DNA of 64,000 bases from Sphaerodactylus townsendi (GCF_021028975.2 NC_059427.1:5022001-5086000), one strand, 5' to 3'. Positions 24,716-40,560 are shown, counted from the first letter of the stretch. Program-made: numbers and translations. Notes: generated by a model not told the origin, from the letters alone.

Positions 24716-27700
24716 AGATCCGGCAGCCCGAGTAATTTTGTTGCGCAATGCAGGTATACCGGCTTTACCTTGTATCCACTTTCTGAATAGTTTATAGCGT
24801 TTTCGTTTGTTGGTCACATTGTTCCAATGTTCTACAGTTCTCCTCATATTGCATTGTTCATTGGCTACCTTATGATATCTGACTGCACTGTTTAGATCAG
24901 TCTCATCAACCAGGGCAGACTATCATTAATGTAAATAAATACTCATTGTAGGAGAAAACTAACAAATAATCGCTGCTTCCAGGAATTAACCTAATGGGAA
25001 CATCGAGAAATCAAGAGGATCAGGATGAGACCTGGCAGATGGTGTCTGGCAACCAGCAAGAGAGGTGAGGGTGGGGCAGAGTCCTGGGAGAAAAAAATAA
25101 GAAAGAAAAGTAAAGCCACATCTCCTTACAGGAAATTTTTACGGTAGAGTTCCTGGTGATTTCAAGAACTGCACAGAAGTGACAGTAGGTATTTCTCCAG
25201 AAATCACCACCCACTCAAACTCAAACTGCTGTAGAGCTCTACACTTACTAGCTGCTTTCCCAACTGTTTTTGCCATTCCGCACTTTTAAAACTGAGAGTC
25301 CTGAAAGCAGCTTGAAAGTCCCATGTCCTAGTGTGCGGAATGAGCCTATGGTATCTTCCTATAATGGTAATATTATCATATAGTAATCTTACTGAAATCA
25401 TGATAAATTCTGTGATAATCTAACCATAGAATTCTTGTGATTCCTAAAGCTATCCATCTATTTGTCACTTCACGGGGTGGCTCCTAGGAATCCTCCAGGA
25501 ACTGTGCAAATGAGAATTTATACTTAAGGTTGATTAGGAGCACTTCACTTTTCTTTTGGATTTTTCTCCCCAGGTTGATCATACACACCCTGTTGGACCC
25601 AATTCCTGCCTTTCAACCAGGTGAGCATTGGCGGGCAAGGTCGGCAGTTACCTAGAGATCTCCTGCCATGAACTTCTGGTCAGGTTTTTTCATCTAAACC
25701 CAACTCTACCATGAAGTAGTCAGCATGCACTATTCAAGATGGCAGAGGCATAGATACCAGGGGACTGGGGGTGTGCGTTGTATCAGGTGCACACCTGGGG
25801 GGCACCAGCAAAATAATTCAGGTTCCTGTGTGTGTTTTTTGTATTTTTAGTGTTTTTTCAGTTTTCGACCTGCATGGGGCGCAGTTTTTAGGCTAGAAAC
25901 ACTACAATTTCAGGGATTTTTTGGGAGACTCTCCAGATGATTCCACCCAGATTTGGTGAGGTTTGGTTCAGGGGGTCCAAAGTTATGGACTACCAAAGGG
26001 GGTGCCCCATCCCCCATTGTTTCCAATGGGAGCTAATAGGATACACCTTTGAGGGTCCATAGCTTTGGACTCCCTGAACCAAACCTCACCAAACCTGGGT
26101 GGTATCATTAGGAAAGTCTCCTAAAGATACCCTGAAAGTTTGGTGCTGCTAGCTTAACAATTGCACCCCTGACAGCAGGCAACCCCCCAAAATTTCACCA
26201 GATTCTCCTTTTAAATCCCACCGCCCTTCGGCATGGATTTAAAGGGAGAATCTGAGGTCCCCAGTTTAAACATTGAAAGCAATGCTGTTTCAGGGTGGGG
26301 GATAATCCACCCCAAAACAGCATCACTTTCAATGTTGTTTTAACTGGGGACCCCAGATTCTCCTTTTAAGGTGGATTTAAAAGGAGAATCTGGGGTCCCT
26401 AGTTTAAACACCATTGAAAGTGATGATGTTTGGGGGTGGATTCCAGCATCACAGCGGCTGCCCATTGGGGGAGGGGACTCAGATTTTGCACCGGGCACCA
26501 TTTTCCCTAGCTACGCCTCTGCAAGTAGTTACAATCTAACTTCCCAGTTTCTCTTGGGGCCAAACTAGATATGATAGTATGCACAGGTCCATCAGCAGCC
26601 TTTAGAACTGAACACATCAATTTTAAGAGGCTGTGAGGGCCAGTCCTATGTGCGTCAGGACCAGGCAATCTCATTCCCCACTACCTGTGTATTTTCAATT
26701 GCCGAAACAGCCATGAGAGGTCCTCCTGGTTCAATCATCAGGCAAGCAGCAAGGTAAAAAACAAGGTTTATTTACAGGGATGGCTTCCACAGTAATACAT
26801 TAGGCAGAGAGGGCAAAACTATGCATACACTCACTTAAACATCATGCTCTCAACTGGTGTAACCCCCACAACTACGGAAACCTCAATAGTTCAATACACA
26901 ACACTCATGTCATTTTTAAGTAGCCAAATGCTACACAAATGGTGTAGGCATCCATGGGCCATAACATCTAATTTGGCCCTTATTCTCTCTCTCTTCCTCT
27001 CACTGTGGCTCCCTGCACTCTTCTGTCCCAAAGCCCCTCCCCAGATGCCCTAGTTCTCTGGTTCCTGCCCCCATTTCCCCACATTTCCAGCATAACCTCT
27101 CTTCACCAAAGTGTTTGGTTAGCCTCCCCGGCTGCTGGTCTAGGGGGTTATCTTAAGGATATTTTTATTTTAAGTATTTTATTTTATGATGCTTTATTTT
27201 GGTTTTTTATTGCTTTTAACCTGTGCAAGCTGCCGAGAGATGCGGGCGTGAGATGGGGTATACATTTGTACAAATAGAATAAAAATCAACTCTCCCCTTT
27301 AGATGTCCAGCCTCCTCCTTTCATTATCTTTTATTCTGTTTTCCTCTCTCTTGTATTTCCTGCTTCACATAAAGGCCTACGTAAAATTGTAACTTCATCC
27401 ACCATTTCCTCCTGCCCCTCCCATGTGCTCTATATTCTACTTCGTAGCCGCCTGGTCTGTGGACTAGGAGCAAGGGAGATGGAGATTAAGTGGGCACGTA
27501 ATGGGAGGGCGAGAAAGAGAAAACAGACTCGACGGATACAATCCCCCACTCAAACATATTGAAACAGGGAATTATCAGTCTAATCTACCCGTTATTCTTG
27601 AGATATGCACACACATCCACACCACTCCCTTATGAACTAGCCATGAGCAGGACATAATCAGGCATCTTAATTATGAAAGATTAATAATGGTTTGATAAGG

Positions 27701-28874
27701 ACTTTCCCAAAGGCACCTGGTGGGCCACTGCGAGTAGCAGAGAGCTGGACTAGATGGACTCTGGTCTGATCCAGCTGGCTTGTTCTTATGTTCTTATATT
27801 GGAGCATTAAAATAAAAACTGGGCACATATTTTAATCACCACCCTTTAACATTTCCTGCTTGTTTTGCCCTCAATTTATCCATTGGTAGTTTATTTTTTA
27901 TTTGTAGTTTTTTAGAACAAGGGTCCCACTATCTTGTGGAAAAATGCTGCGTCAACCTGTGTAGACAAAGACTCAAGTCCATACAGGCCCAGAATTGGGG
28001 GTGCATTTCCTGCCTCCCATCCCTGGGTAAGAAGACAGAAGAATCTCTGTATGGAAGTAATTCCATAGTTTTAGTGCCACAGCCAAGACGATGTTTCCTT
28101 CAGGAGTTATCGCCCATCTAACCTCAGATGGTAAACCACCCTGTAGAGCTCCCAAAGATGATCAAAGTGAGAATCTATGTTTCTATTGGAGCAGGTGGTT
28201 GCCCCAAGCTAAATAGAGTCAATGCACTAGCAGCATGAATTGGGCTGTTCCCACAATCCAGGCAACTATATAGTTTTACCTCTCTGTGTATTCTCTGAGA
28301 ATTAGTTAGCCTTTCACTCAGACTAAACCTCCTTCTACATTCCAAGCATTTACACTGTGTTTCTCCTGTGTACAGTAGCTGGCTGAGGTAATCATAATGA
28401 GGATCCACCTGAAGAGTATTCCACAGATGAAAGGGTCCCCCTCTGCAGTCCAGATTTGTCCATTTCTCCAAGATCTTCTCTTTCCAGTGCTGGCTGGCTT
28501 TCTATACAGGTGTGAGGAAAAGGAGGAAATTATGCAATACATTTGCATATTGTCTTATTGTAATTTAAATGGTGAGATGAATTTGGAAATTAATCAGTGA
28601 TATGATTAACTGTGGAGATAACAGTTGTATTTTAAGAAAGCTGAAAGTAACCAGGGAGAGTTGAAGCATACCATTCCGGATGCTCTTGGTTCTCCTGTCC
28701 ATTCTCTCTTTTAGCAAATATTTAATATAAATACAAAAAGGACAAATATATTGTAGAATACCAATAAATATATGTTTTCCTGCAATGTCTTGATTTTCAG
28801 AGCTACCCCATTAACCACTTCTATGGCATTATGCTTTATTCACGAACAAGAGATTTCCCCAGGACAAAGCCCAT

Positions 28875-30242
<1,368 letters not shown>

Positions 30243-30838
30243 CTGAAATAAATGTAAAGAAGAAATGGAAGACAAAATCAGGAAATGAGCCAAATGAGGC
30301 AATTCAAACTTCTGTGGAGCATTATAGGACACAAACAGTCTGGCTGGGACGACACCCCTGAAAATTTGGTGGGGAAATGTTTCTGCCACCAGTGAGACAA
30401 CTGGATGACTGGCACTAACTACAGATCCAAAAGAGAACAGCAACTTCCCAAACCAGTCACTAGTTAAAAATGCTTTCTTTGATGCTCCTTGACTGCCAGT
30501 TGTTCTTCAAACCTTTGACCCCAGACTTCTGGGAGATGGGGACTCTGTTGGTAAAGCAAAGGACTGTGGGAGTTGTACTCCAGTTGGTCCCTCTTTACTC
30601 AGGAAAGGGCACCCTCTGGGCTACATCTCCCAGAGTCCTTCACTTTTTCTCATTTGTCATCGGGAACATGCTGCTCAATTATATATATGGATGGTGTTGA
30701 ACATCCCATTATTTAATAAGCAAAAGCTTGTGCAAATAAGGCTGCCAACATCTCATAACTGAATGAGTGCTCTGATTGTATGTTCCAGCATTGCAGGGGG
30801 TTGGACTTGAGGGGCCTTGGGGTCTCTTCCAACTCTAT

Positions 30839-31367
30839 GGCTGTTCCGCCGCGTCGCTTCCGCCCCTACGCCGCCAAAGAGTCGCGGTGAAGCCGGTTCG
30901 TGGAAACCCCACTGGCTATGCGGCGAGCGAGCAGGCGACGAAGCGACTCCGCCGCGAACCAGCCTCTGCGCTTCCGCCCACTCACGGTGATGCGCCGAGT
31001 TAGCCTGCTGAGGCGTCACAGCCCATGCGCCTTTGCACCCTCCGACCCCTGGAAGTTGGAGGAGGGACAGTGGGGGCTAACTGCACCATACGTGGCAAAT
31101 CGAAGATGAAACTGAACAGCGTCTTCCGGTTAAGCCTTGATTCGCACCCAGCGCCATGAGCTATCCCTCTAACAACAACCCTCTTTAAAGGGTTGTTAAG
31201 TTTAGAAGCGACTTGGCAACGCCTTCCCTGGGGAGGGAAGAAGAGTCGGAGTTGCCGCTGCTGCGTTGCAGGCAGCGGGCGCCATACTATAAACGACAAC
31301 CTGGGGGCTGGCACCTTTTGGCGCTGGGCAGGTCTGCTCATCGGACTTGTCTTGCATGGAAACGGCC
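30839..31367. mobile_element. CpG-rich Harbinger-like MITE inserted in a CR1 3' tail
   Basis: GGC...GGAAACGGCC termini, TSD TAT, host CAACTC-TAT|...|TAT-GATTCTATGA. Confidence 0.75.
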
Positions 31368-31439
31368 TATGATTCTATGAATGAATCATCACTTAAAAAC
31401 ATTTCAACTACATGGACCCTAGAAGCTCTTCCCTTATTT

Positions 31440-32680
31440 TTCGATTTCGATTTCGAATACCTTTAATGGCATATAGATTGTTTAAGATTAGCTTAGCAAG
31501 ATAATAACAGCCCTTTTTTACAACTTTACAATTTCTGGCGAAGTTAAATAATAACACCATTTAAAAAAAATTTATGCACCGCTTAACAGCCTGCAATGGT
31601 GGCTGACTTTTCTAAAAGACTCTATATAACCTTCTGTTTATCTGTAATGCCTTCACTTCCATGCAGGGAAGTGGGATTATGATGCTTCTTCCTACCTATC
31701 TCATAAAAGGGACAATCCAACAGGCATATGAGATTCTTGTTTCACTAGAACCCATGCCACACTGGCATTTCCTTTCTTTATGTGGGATTCCAAGGTGGCG
31801 CCCAAGGCTTCAGGAAGAAGGGCAGGGAGACATTACACCTAGCTAAGGTTGATTGCTCTACGCCACCGGTTGGCCTCAACCAGGAGATAAAAGGTACTGG
31901 GCTGCAATTAGTCTATCCATAGGTATTCCCAGAGAGATCGGGGGAACAGGTTTTATTAGCTTCCCTCTAGCGAATCTGTTGAAACTCTCTGTCAAAAAAA
32001 GTCTCTTCTTTGATAGCCCCATAGACCTCCTGCTCTGTTAGCATTAGCAGGTCCTCCAAGGAAATGCTGCCTAACTCATTAAGTTTGGCTTCGATTTTTA
32101 ACCTCCACCACTGGGTTGTTATTATTGGAGGATGGAGCTGGTCCCTGGGATGTATAGTCCAGTTCATCTCGATTAAAACAAATCCTGGCCCAAAACTTGA
32201 ATGTGCGGCACCAGGCCAGAGTTTCCAGCCGATGCTGGCCTTGTTTCTAAGCACCACAGGGCCAAAGCATAGGGGAACAGGAGACTGGGGCAAGCCAAGC
32301 ATTTTATACAGAAACTATGACTGGACCCTTTCAACCACTCTGCTCCATGCCCCTATCCAGATGGGGGATCCCATAAAGGGATTTGTTGACTCACTTTGGC
32401 ATTAAATGCTCTCAACGCTGCAGGGATGTATCCTCGGCCTTTCCCATAGAGGAAGCGTATAATGGCTGAGGCACTTAATTTAGCGGCGGAGATGGCCCGA
32501 TTCCTATGTAGTGTCCAGGAGGCCCTATGATGGTAGGTAAGCCCTAGGTATTTATATGACTGCACCTGCTCAAAACTACTGTGGCCTATCCGCCAATTGG
32601 TGGCTTTCCATTTATGGGTAAATACCACAATTTTGGATTTATCTAAGTTAAGTTGCAAATCGTTGAGTGTGCAGTCAACT
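31440..32680 (-). mobile_element. 5'-truncated non-LTR retrotransposon (RT C-terminus, RTE-X-like) in gene D intron 2
   Basis: LNLDKSKIVVF...EQVQSYKYLGL RT motif and (GAAATC)n tail at 31440-31457. Confidence 0.7.
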
Positions 32681-33409
32681 TATTTTAAAACTTCGTAGTG
32701 CTGACCTTACAACCTTCAATTCACTTTCACAATTGTTTGCAAGTGGATTTTGCTATTCTGCACAGTAAAATTCAGCTGCAAAGTAAATTGAAAGTGGTTT
32801 GAAAAAAGGGGTGGGGAAGAAAGTGCATTATTCTGTAGGTACGGAAGGGGCCTATAAGAAGCAATCTAATGTAGTCAGAATTACCACATCCTGGAAATTT
32901 ACTGAGCACAGTCTGAACAGCCCTTAAGCAGACCTCATGGTAAAAGGGACAATAGAGTAAAACATACTCTGTAGATTCAATCTCTTTTAGTTCACCAGGA
33001 AACAGCCCCTCTGCAAGATTAATCTTTCTACAACCACTGTCCAGAACAGCAGAGAGACGAACATGGTATCTGACAAGTGAAAATGCCTTTCTATGATTAA
33101 GAATTTTTAATATATATATATATTTATTTTATTTTATTAGGTTTTTGTACTGCTCCTCCCCTTTCAGGATCAGGGTGGTTAACCAGAACTAAGGTAAGTA
33201 GGGGGGCTAGGGAGGCACGGTGGGGCAGGGCTCTGTGGGGTGGCAGCCCGGAATAGCCTGAAGTTCAGCCAGCTGCGAAGAGCAGCCAGCTGAACTAAGG
33301 TAAGGGGGGCACCACGGGGAGCAGGGGGAAGTGCCTGGGCATCATTTTGCCCCGGGTGCCCCCCCCCCCCCCCCCCCCGCATTCCAGTGAAGGTAACTTC
33401 CCTCCTGTA

Positions 33410-33760
33410 CAGTGCTGGATTTATAGGCTTGGCAGGCTGAAGTTTAGGGCCTCAAAATCTAGGGGTCCTCCAGCCAAGGTGTATAATATTTTTGACACTG
33501 TTATAGACCTTCCTTACACGTGCTGTCATAACACACTATAGTCTCTAAACAATCCTTCAGGAATTTTCCTTGCACTCCCTTTCAGAATACTACTGTCTTA
33601 AGCTGATACCTTGACACTAGCATTCATTTCTGTATTGATTTTGTCCTGTCACCGAAGTAGACCCCACTTTGTGACCCCATTCTAGTTGTGGGGTGGGGGA
33701 TTGGGAGGGGCCTCATGAGCAGAATAGCCTAGGGCCTCCCCTGATCTAAATCCAGCACTG
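33410..33760. mobile_element. hAT MITE
   Basis: TIR CAGTGCTGGATTTA, 8-bp TSD CTCCTGTA/CTCTTGTA. Confidence 0.85.
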
Positions 33761-34060
33761 CTCTTGTATTACAAAAGTTTAAGGGACTGAGAGAGAAGTT
33801 TAAACCTGTAACAGCAGCCACTGAAAAATCAACCCTTGCGGCCTATGACTACTTTCTAGCCCTAAAGTGCATTCATTTATCTTGGTGGAAAAGTCAAGAA
33901 GTTCTCTGGGAATTGGAATTCTCCAATTTTATTCCTTCTGCTATCAAGATGTTCAAGATGTATTTCTCAATTTGCCGACAGTTAGGGTACACACCAACTA
34001 TACTGTCTTTTTTTCCTTTCACTGCTACATGATCATCTTCCCATCTAGAAAAATACTCAC

Positions 34061-34178
34061 TTTCATCAGCTATAGTTTGGAAGAAAGTGTCCTTGGGCAA
34101 TTTGCCTGGGGAAGCCTCAAGAATTTCTCTTGGCTCAGGGCCTTCCTGGGGTAAGTTCTCGTCTTTGATCTCTGTCAT
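34061..34178 (-). CDS. Gene D exon 2 coding part (MTEIKDENLPQEGPEPREILEASPGKLPKDTFFQTIADE); exon starts at 34189
   Basis: Acceptor CCCACAG|AT, accATG start, donor A|GTGAGT, 118 nt, intact. Confidence 0.75.
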
Positions 34179-34319
34179 GGTCCTTTCATCTGTGGGAGAC
34201 AGAGAACAGTGTAAGAACCCCCATACACTCAGTTGCAAGCTCCTTGAAGACAGGAGATGCTAAAGAGATGCAGAACAATGGGAGAGACAGAGGAGCCATC
34301 ACACCTCAATATATCTAGT

Positions 34320-34480
34320 NNNNNNNNNNNNNNNNNNNNNNNNNNNNNNNNNNNNNNNNNNNNNNNNNNNNNNNNNNNNNNNNNNNNNNNNNNNNNNNNN
34401 NNNNNNNNNNNNNNNNNNNNNNNNNNNNNNNNNNNNNNNNNNNNNNNNNNNNNNNNNNNNNNNNNNNNNNNNNNNNNNNN
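34320..34480. other. Assembly gap (161 N)
   Basis: Run of N. Confidence 1.
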
Positions 34481-36582
34481 TATACCCCGCCTTTCTCTCC
34501 TGTAAGGCAACACAAAGAGGCTTACAAACTCCTTTTCCTTCCTCTCCCCACAACAGACACCCTGTGAGGTAAGTGGGGCTGAGAGTGTTCTGAGAGAAAT
34601 GTGACTGGCCCAAGGTCACCCATCAGATTTCATGTGTAGGAGCAGGGAAACAAATCCAATTCACCAGATAAGAGTATGCCTCTCATGTGCAGGAGTGAGG
34701 AATCAAACCTGGTTCTCCAGTCCACCGCTCTTAACTGCTACACCACACTAGCTCTCACTTAAAAAGGAGATTAGACAGATTCATGGAGGAGAGGTCTATC
34801 AGTGGTTACTAGCCCTAGTGAATGAAGGGAACCTCCATGTTTGGAGTCAGTCAGCCTTTGAATAGCAGTGACAAAATATCAGGGGAGGCCATTGCTTCTG
34901 GACTCAGTTGTTGTACCTCCAGAAGAACTGGTTGGTCACTGTGTGTGAGACAAGATGCTGGACTAGATGGCCCACTGCTTTGATTCAGCAGGACCTTTGT
35001 TCCTTTGTCTAATGTCATTTGAAGGAATTCTCAGGTGGGATCCATTGTGGGGGTGGCCTGGAAGATTGTTTGGAAACTTCAGGTAGTCCCAAATGCAGCA
35101 GGAAAGTTAATTCAAGGTGCTGAATGTTAAAACCTTATGAAGCTTGAGACCTGGGTTCTGATAGAATCACCTATAGTACTGCCTGGGCACTGTGTTCATA
35201 TTTTTAGTTCCTCTTTTGTGCACCCCCTGCCCACAGTCAGAGGGGAAGGCTGTGGGACACTGGTTCTTTTCAGCCGTGTCTCTCAACTTTGGAGCACTTT
35301 CCCTATCAATGAGAATGAATTTTGTTAGACTTTGAAACATGACTTTTATTAATTTTGCCACAACAGACTATCCAATAACTGACCCCAAAGTGCTGCAGTT
35401 GTTATGACTCTGTTTACACGTCCACTTGAAATCTTTCTCCACCAACCATCTACTGCAAGATCTTTTCTCCATTCTGCAGTCCTTCTAGCATCTACCATTG
35501 CTCAAACTACAGGAAAGCCTTTTCACAGCTTTGGTCCTTTCCAACCCCAACCCCAACCCTCATCAGGTGCCACCCCCAAATATCCAGGATTTCCCCCAAC
35601 CCTATCAGCATTGGAAATGTTTCAGCGGCTGATCGTACACTGCTGTTCTGCCACGCAGCGAGGATATGTTTCCTTTGTGGCAGAGATTCTTATGCAAACA
35701 TGCTCATACTTATGGCACTGCTGATCCTGGAAGCTCTGCAGTTAGTAAGCATGTGAAACCCCCAATGTTTCCTTTTGTGTCAAGATTTTGCTCCTTCCAG
35801 GTTTTTCCCGCATCCAAGCCCAGAATGAAGATTGCCATCTTCGGGGGGTTTTCACCCTTTAAATCTAATATCGATATTCTTTGTTTTGATATTGTGCAGG
35901 CTGCTACCATTTTTTGCTTTTTCAAGAAAATGCAAGCATAAAAAAAAATAGTAGAAGCCTCCACAATATCAAAACAAAGAATATCAATGTTACACTTCAA
36001 GGGATTAAAACAAACAAACATAGCAATCTTCATTCTGGGCTTAAACGGGGGGGGGGGGGGGGTTTGACCTGGAAGGAGGGACAGGCAAGCTGCACAGCGA
36101 GCAGTGGGACATCTCCTTGAATGGAAACAAGGAACTGCAAGGAAACCCCACTGTGAAGGCACTGTGGGGTGAGGAGCAGCAAGGGAAGCACCCCGTGTAT
36201 GTTTCCTTTGCTCTCAGTGTTATTGACTTTCCAGCAATAACTGTGAGTGCATCTCCGCATCAGATAAATTAATATCTGATGGTTTCTAATTTAGCAGGGG
36301 AATGTTTTCCATTTTTGCTTCTTCCTACCACAATGCCTGCAGTTCTCAAAGTGCATATATGTGGGGAAACTAGTTGCTCAGAGGGAGTGTAATTTCCACA
36401 CTTCACACGCTCTGAAGGCCGAAGAACAAAGTCCCCCTAGAACACTGATGGCAAATCTTTTGAACTTGGCATATCAAAAATCAGGAAAATGCGTAAATTG
36501 ACTCTTCTGGTGTGTCCCCTGCCCCCTCAAAAGAAAAACAATTCTTTACACATTCATTTATCTAAAAAAAATGCAGTCCAAT

Positions 36583-37054
36583 TGTAACCCCCATGCCCAG
36601 AATGGGTTGGCCCAGAATGGGTTGACCCAGTAAGGGGGTGGAGACTCGGAGCAGCAGAGAGGCTGAAAGAGCTCTTTTGCAGAAGAACAAGGCTACCAGA
36701 CTCGGACCTTGATTTCTATAAGCCCTTAACACCTTGTTAAGGGTTTTCTTTTGTGGTTGTAATGGGTGAGAGTTCTCCTGGAGACCTTCATCATGTTGCA
36801 ACCTGTTCATCAAGCCCTTGGAGTCTTCAGGAGCCAGCCAACTTGCAAAGAAGAAATTGGACTTGGCAATATCAGTAGACTGTAAATAGAAGGACTTGAA
36901 ATGCAACCTGAACAGGACCTTGAATTGTAACGTTAAATGTTGATGTTTTACAAGTGTTAATTGTAAAGAAAAGTAAACCATTTTGTTGTTTAAATTTGGT
37001 TCTTTGCAACTCATTCCAGGTTCTGCCCCACAGAACCCACAGAAGGAGGTTACA
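36583..37054 (+). mobile_element. Solo LTR (Gypsy/ERV-type), 472 bp
   Basis: TGTAAC...GTTACA, 4-bp TSD CAAT, TATAA at ~36717, AGTAAA at ~36972. Confidence 0.85.
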
Positions 37055-38817
37055 CAATCATGTGCACTGCTATCCATTATTTAAAGAGACATCAAATAAT
37101 GACAAAAATGACTCAAACGCAAACAGGAAGAGTAGTTGTTGTTGGGGTGTCACCCAAAACCTCGCAGCATGTCACTTTTGACATGCATGCCATAGGTTTA
37201 GTCATAGTGGCCAAAAAGATTCCCTCCTCCCCATTTTTTACTTTCATCATGAAGTCTGATAAAGTTAGCTCTGCATTTCTGAGATGTTCCGCAAGGCCTA
37301 CGGTTCAGGCAGCTGTGACTTATCATCTAATCTGTTTCTTCCCTTCCCCATATCCTCTCTGCTATATTACAGGAAAAAAATCTTAAGATTAAGGAGATGT
37401 GCAGGTTTTTTGGATATTATTTTAGGAAATGACCCTCAGGGGCGGGCATCTTTTTTTTAACTGCTGGGAAGTCCTACGATACGAATTCGTTCACTGTTCT
37501 AATATTAGGTGCTATGTGTTATTACTGTTATTAATTGGATTACAGTAGGTTGGATTGTTAAGAGTGCATTTCATTGTTTTATTTGTATTATATTGTATGA
37601 CATTACAGAATGATATCACTGTATTAAATTATTGTATGATATAAGATGAAACGTTTGGATTTATACCCCACTTTTCTCTCCTGTAAGGAATCTCAAAGTG
37701 GCTTGCAAACTCTTCCCTTCCTCTCCCCACAACAGACACCATATGAGGTCGGTGGGGCTGAGAGAACTGGCCCAAGATCACCCAGCAGGCTTCATGTAGA
37801 GAAGTGGGGGAAAATCCAGTTCACCGGATAAGAGTCCGCCATTCATGTGGAGGAGTGGGGAAAAATCCAGTTCACCAGATAAGAGTCCGCCATTCATGTG
37901 GAGGAGTGGGGAATCAAACTCGGTTCTCCAGATCAGAATCCATTGCTCTTAACCACTATACACCACTGGCTCTCTTGTTCGCTGCCTTGAGCCTGGCCTT
38001 GCTGGGGAAGAGCGGGATAGAAATCTAAAATAAAGTACTTCCCTGAGCAAAAGTGGGTGGTAAATGCTTTGGTCCATACCAAAGCCCCCAAACAAAGAAA
38101 AAAGTCATGTCAAATCTTTTATTAAATACCATCCTGCTTGCAGGTTTTTGAGTTCTCCAGCACTTTTTTTTTTTTTTGCTGCATGCTAAAAAGAAAACAA
38201 AAGGGAGGGAGGCAGGAATCTTTTTCATCCCAATGACCTTAAGGCCCCTTTGTTCTGTGTGGATTTGTTCTGCCTCCTCCAGAGTGTGTGAAGTGTGACT
38301 GGTATCAAGTGACACTGACTAGACCATGCCTAGGCATTCCGGGAATTCTGGGAGGAAGACGCAAAGACAGAAGCCATTCCATTGCAAAACTGAACCATTA
38401 AAACTGAAAAAAAAAAACCTGAAAAAAACTTTAGGAGACTTCTGAGACCAGACTGGGGGTTCAGGCACTGCATGGCAGTCTATCATACCAAAACCAAAGG
38501 AATGTACTTGTCCTTTTCTGAACAACGCTGGACAGTCATTTTCATCATCACCACTCCAAGTAAAGAATGTGAGGCCAAGAGGGGTCATATTCCCTAGTGG
38601 TCATCACAGCAACTCATTCCATGCCCTTGTTTTCCCTGCAGCCCCCCTCCCTCTAAATGAGCTAAATCCACCTACTCCAAAAAACATCAGTCAAGTGTAT
38701 CCATGGCAAAAATGCAAAATAAATTACATTCAGCGAAAATAACCAAGCTTTTGAGACACCCCCCACCGGCACCCCACTTCACCCCTTTCTCCCTCCCAAG
38801 CTCTCTTTGCAACTCAC

Positions 38818-38986
38818 CAGCTCCCTCCCAGTCTCTGAAGCATCAAATAGAAGCTGATTTGCTTTGGGCAGGAAGGGTATTGGAATACATTATTTTCTGC
38901 AGCCAATTCCCCCCCTCCTTCCTTCTGAATGCCCGTCTAGGACTGTGGCTCAGTCTCTTTAACCCTTAGAGAGGATCTCAGAACTT
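38818..38986 (-). promoter_or_regulatory. Gene D putative non-coding exon 1 / core promoter block
   Basis: AAGGGTTAAAGAGACTGAGCCACAGTCCTAGAC ... GGAGCTG|GTGAGT. Confidence 0.6.
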
Positions 38987-39008
38987 GTGTTATTAGGGAA
39001 ATGAAAAA

Positions 39009-39011
39009 TGT

Positions 39012-39070
<59 letters not shown>
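39009..39070. repeat. (TG)n(AG)n compound microsatellite next to D exon 1
   Basis: Directly visible in the sequence. Confidence 0.95.
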
Positions 39071-39073
<3 letters not shown>

Positions 39074-40259
39074 CACACTGGACTTGACGGCCCTTGTGGT
39101 CTCTTCCAACTTTATGATTCTATGATTTTCTTACCAAACTTCAGGATTTCCCCACCACTAGCAACTTCTTAGCATTGCCAGCGAAGGAGCTCAGTATTTC
39201 TGCTGATTTTATGTCTAAAGTTCAAGGAAGGAAATCTAGAGTTTGAAACGACTGAGCACTTCCTCACTTTCTTGCGTAATTTACTCCAATCTGAGAAAAT
39301 TTCTGGATCCTCATCTTAACAAGAAGGGCTTTTGTTTTTGTTTTGTTTTGTTTTGCTCCCCTAATTATTATTTAATGGATTTGTTTGCGGGTCTGAATTT
39401 TAATTGAACAGTGGATGCTTGTGAATGCATAACTAGCTGCTATTAAACGTCATTTGTTTTTAAATAATAATGAGCAGCATTAGAATTTTTGTTTTATTGC
39501 TGTGTTTTGTTGGACAAATGGCCTACATGCTTTAAGACTTAGATGGGAAATTCAGAGGATTCAATAAAAGGACTATTGGCTTCAGATGGGACCCAAAGAT
39601 CCCCTGGCATTACAAGTGATCCCCAGACTACAGAGATGAGTTCTCCTGGAGAAAATAATGACTCTGGAGAGTAGATTCTTTGGCATTGTACCCCACTGAG
39701 GTCCTTCCCCCAAACCTGCCCTCCCCAGTAGTGTTGTCAACCTCTTGGTGGTGACTGGAGATCTGGAATTATAACTGGTCTCCAAGAGATCAGTTTACCT
39801 GGAGAGAACGGGAGATGGATTCTACGGCATCATGCCCCACTGAAGCCCATCCCCCCCCCCAATAAAGCCTCAGTATGGGCTAGTCCCTGGAATACTGTGA
39901 ACACCACTACAACACTTTGAAATAGACAGATAAGCCCCACCCTTATATAAAAAACCCCCACTGACCACCAAACATAACTACATCTTTCCAGCTAACACCT
40001 GGAACATATAGAAAATCTATAGCTTACACTACAGCGATCTTGAAGCTGTGCCTTACTTTAAAGGTTATATTGTTAAGGATGAACAAGTTGAAAGTGAATG
40101 TTGACATGACAGAAGTAAAGCTGGTTGAGAAGGCTGAGGTCTGAGCAACATGGTGTGGGGGGGTCCTGCTGACATTTTTTTTTTACTGTGCTAAGAGCCG
40201 TGGTGACACTGAATCCAGCACTATTACTAAAGAAGTAAGTTAACATGGCTGCAAAAAGG

Positions 40260-40560
40260 TTATTCTACCAGTTTCTTTCAGTGTGGAAGATTACCTTGAT
40301 TTGGCTAATCTGCCCATATTGATCTGCGCTATGGTTACTTCAAGGCTAGACTACTATAATGCATTCCACATGGGACTGTCCTTAAAAACAACCAGGAAAC
40401 TCCACTTTGTGCAGAACACCACCGCCCAGTTAGTACTGGGCCCCAGGCAAGACAAATGTCACACCCATTTTGCAGAGACTCTATTGGTTAACAATCAGTT
40501 ATTGTTTTCAACTCAAGGTTACCATTATCACCCACAAAGCCTTGAATGGCCTATTGTTAA
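40260..40560 (+). mobile_element. L2 LINE ORF2 C-terminal fragment (other L2 pieces at ~5500-5900 and 53400-54120 on the - strand)
   Basis: VTSRLDYYNAFHMGLSLKTTRKLHFVQN. Confidence 0.75.

Noticed and set aside
26640-27700. Possible further LTR or retroelement between C and D
   Set aside because: No clear termini or TSD could be identified by eye.
36562-37077. 171-aa ORF with similarity to ORF 51267..51635 (VTSFCGFCGA) as a shared extra coding exon
   Set aside because: The similarity is confined to solo LTRs with their own TSDs, and it is absent from B, C and E.
37797-37911. ~51-bp tandem duplication
   Set aside because: Local slippage within a SINE copy, with no sign of function.
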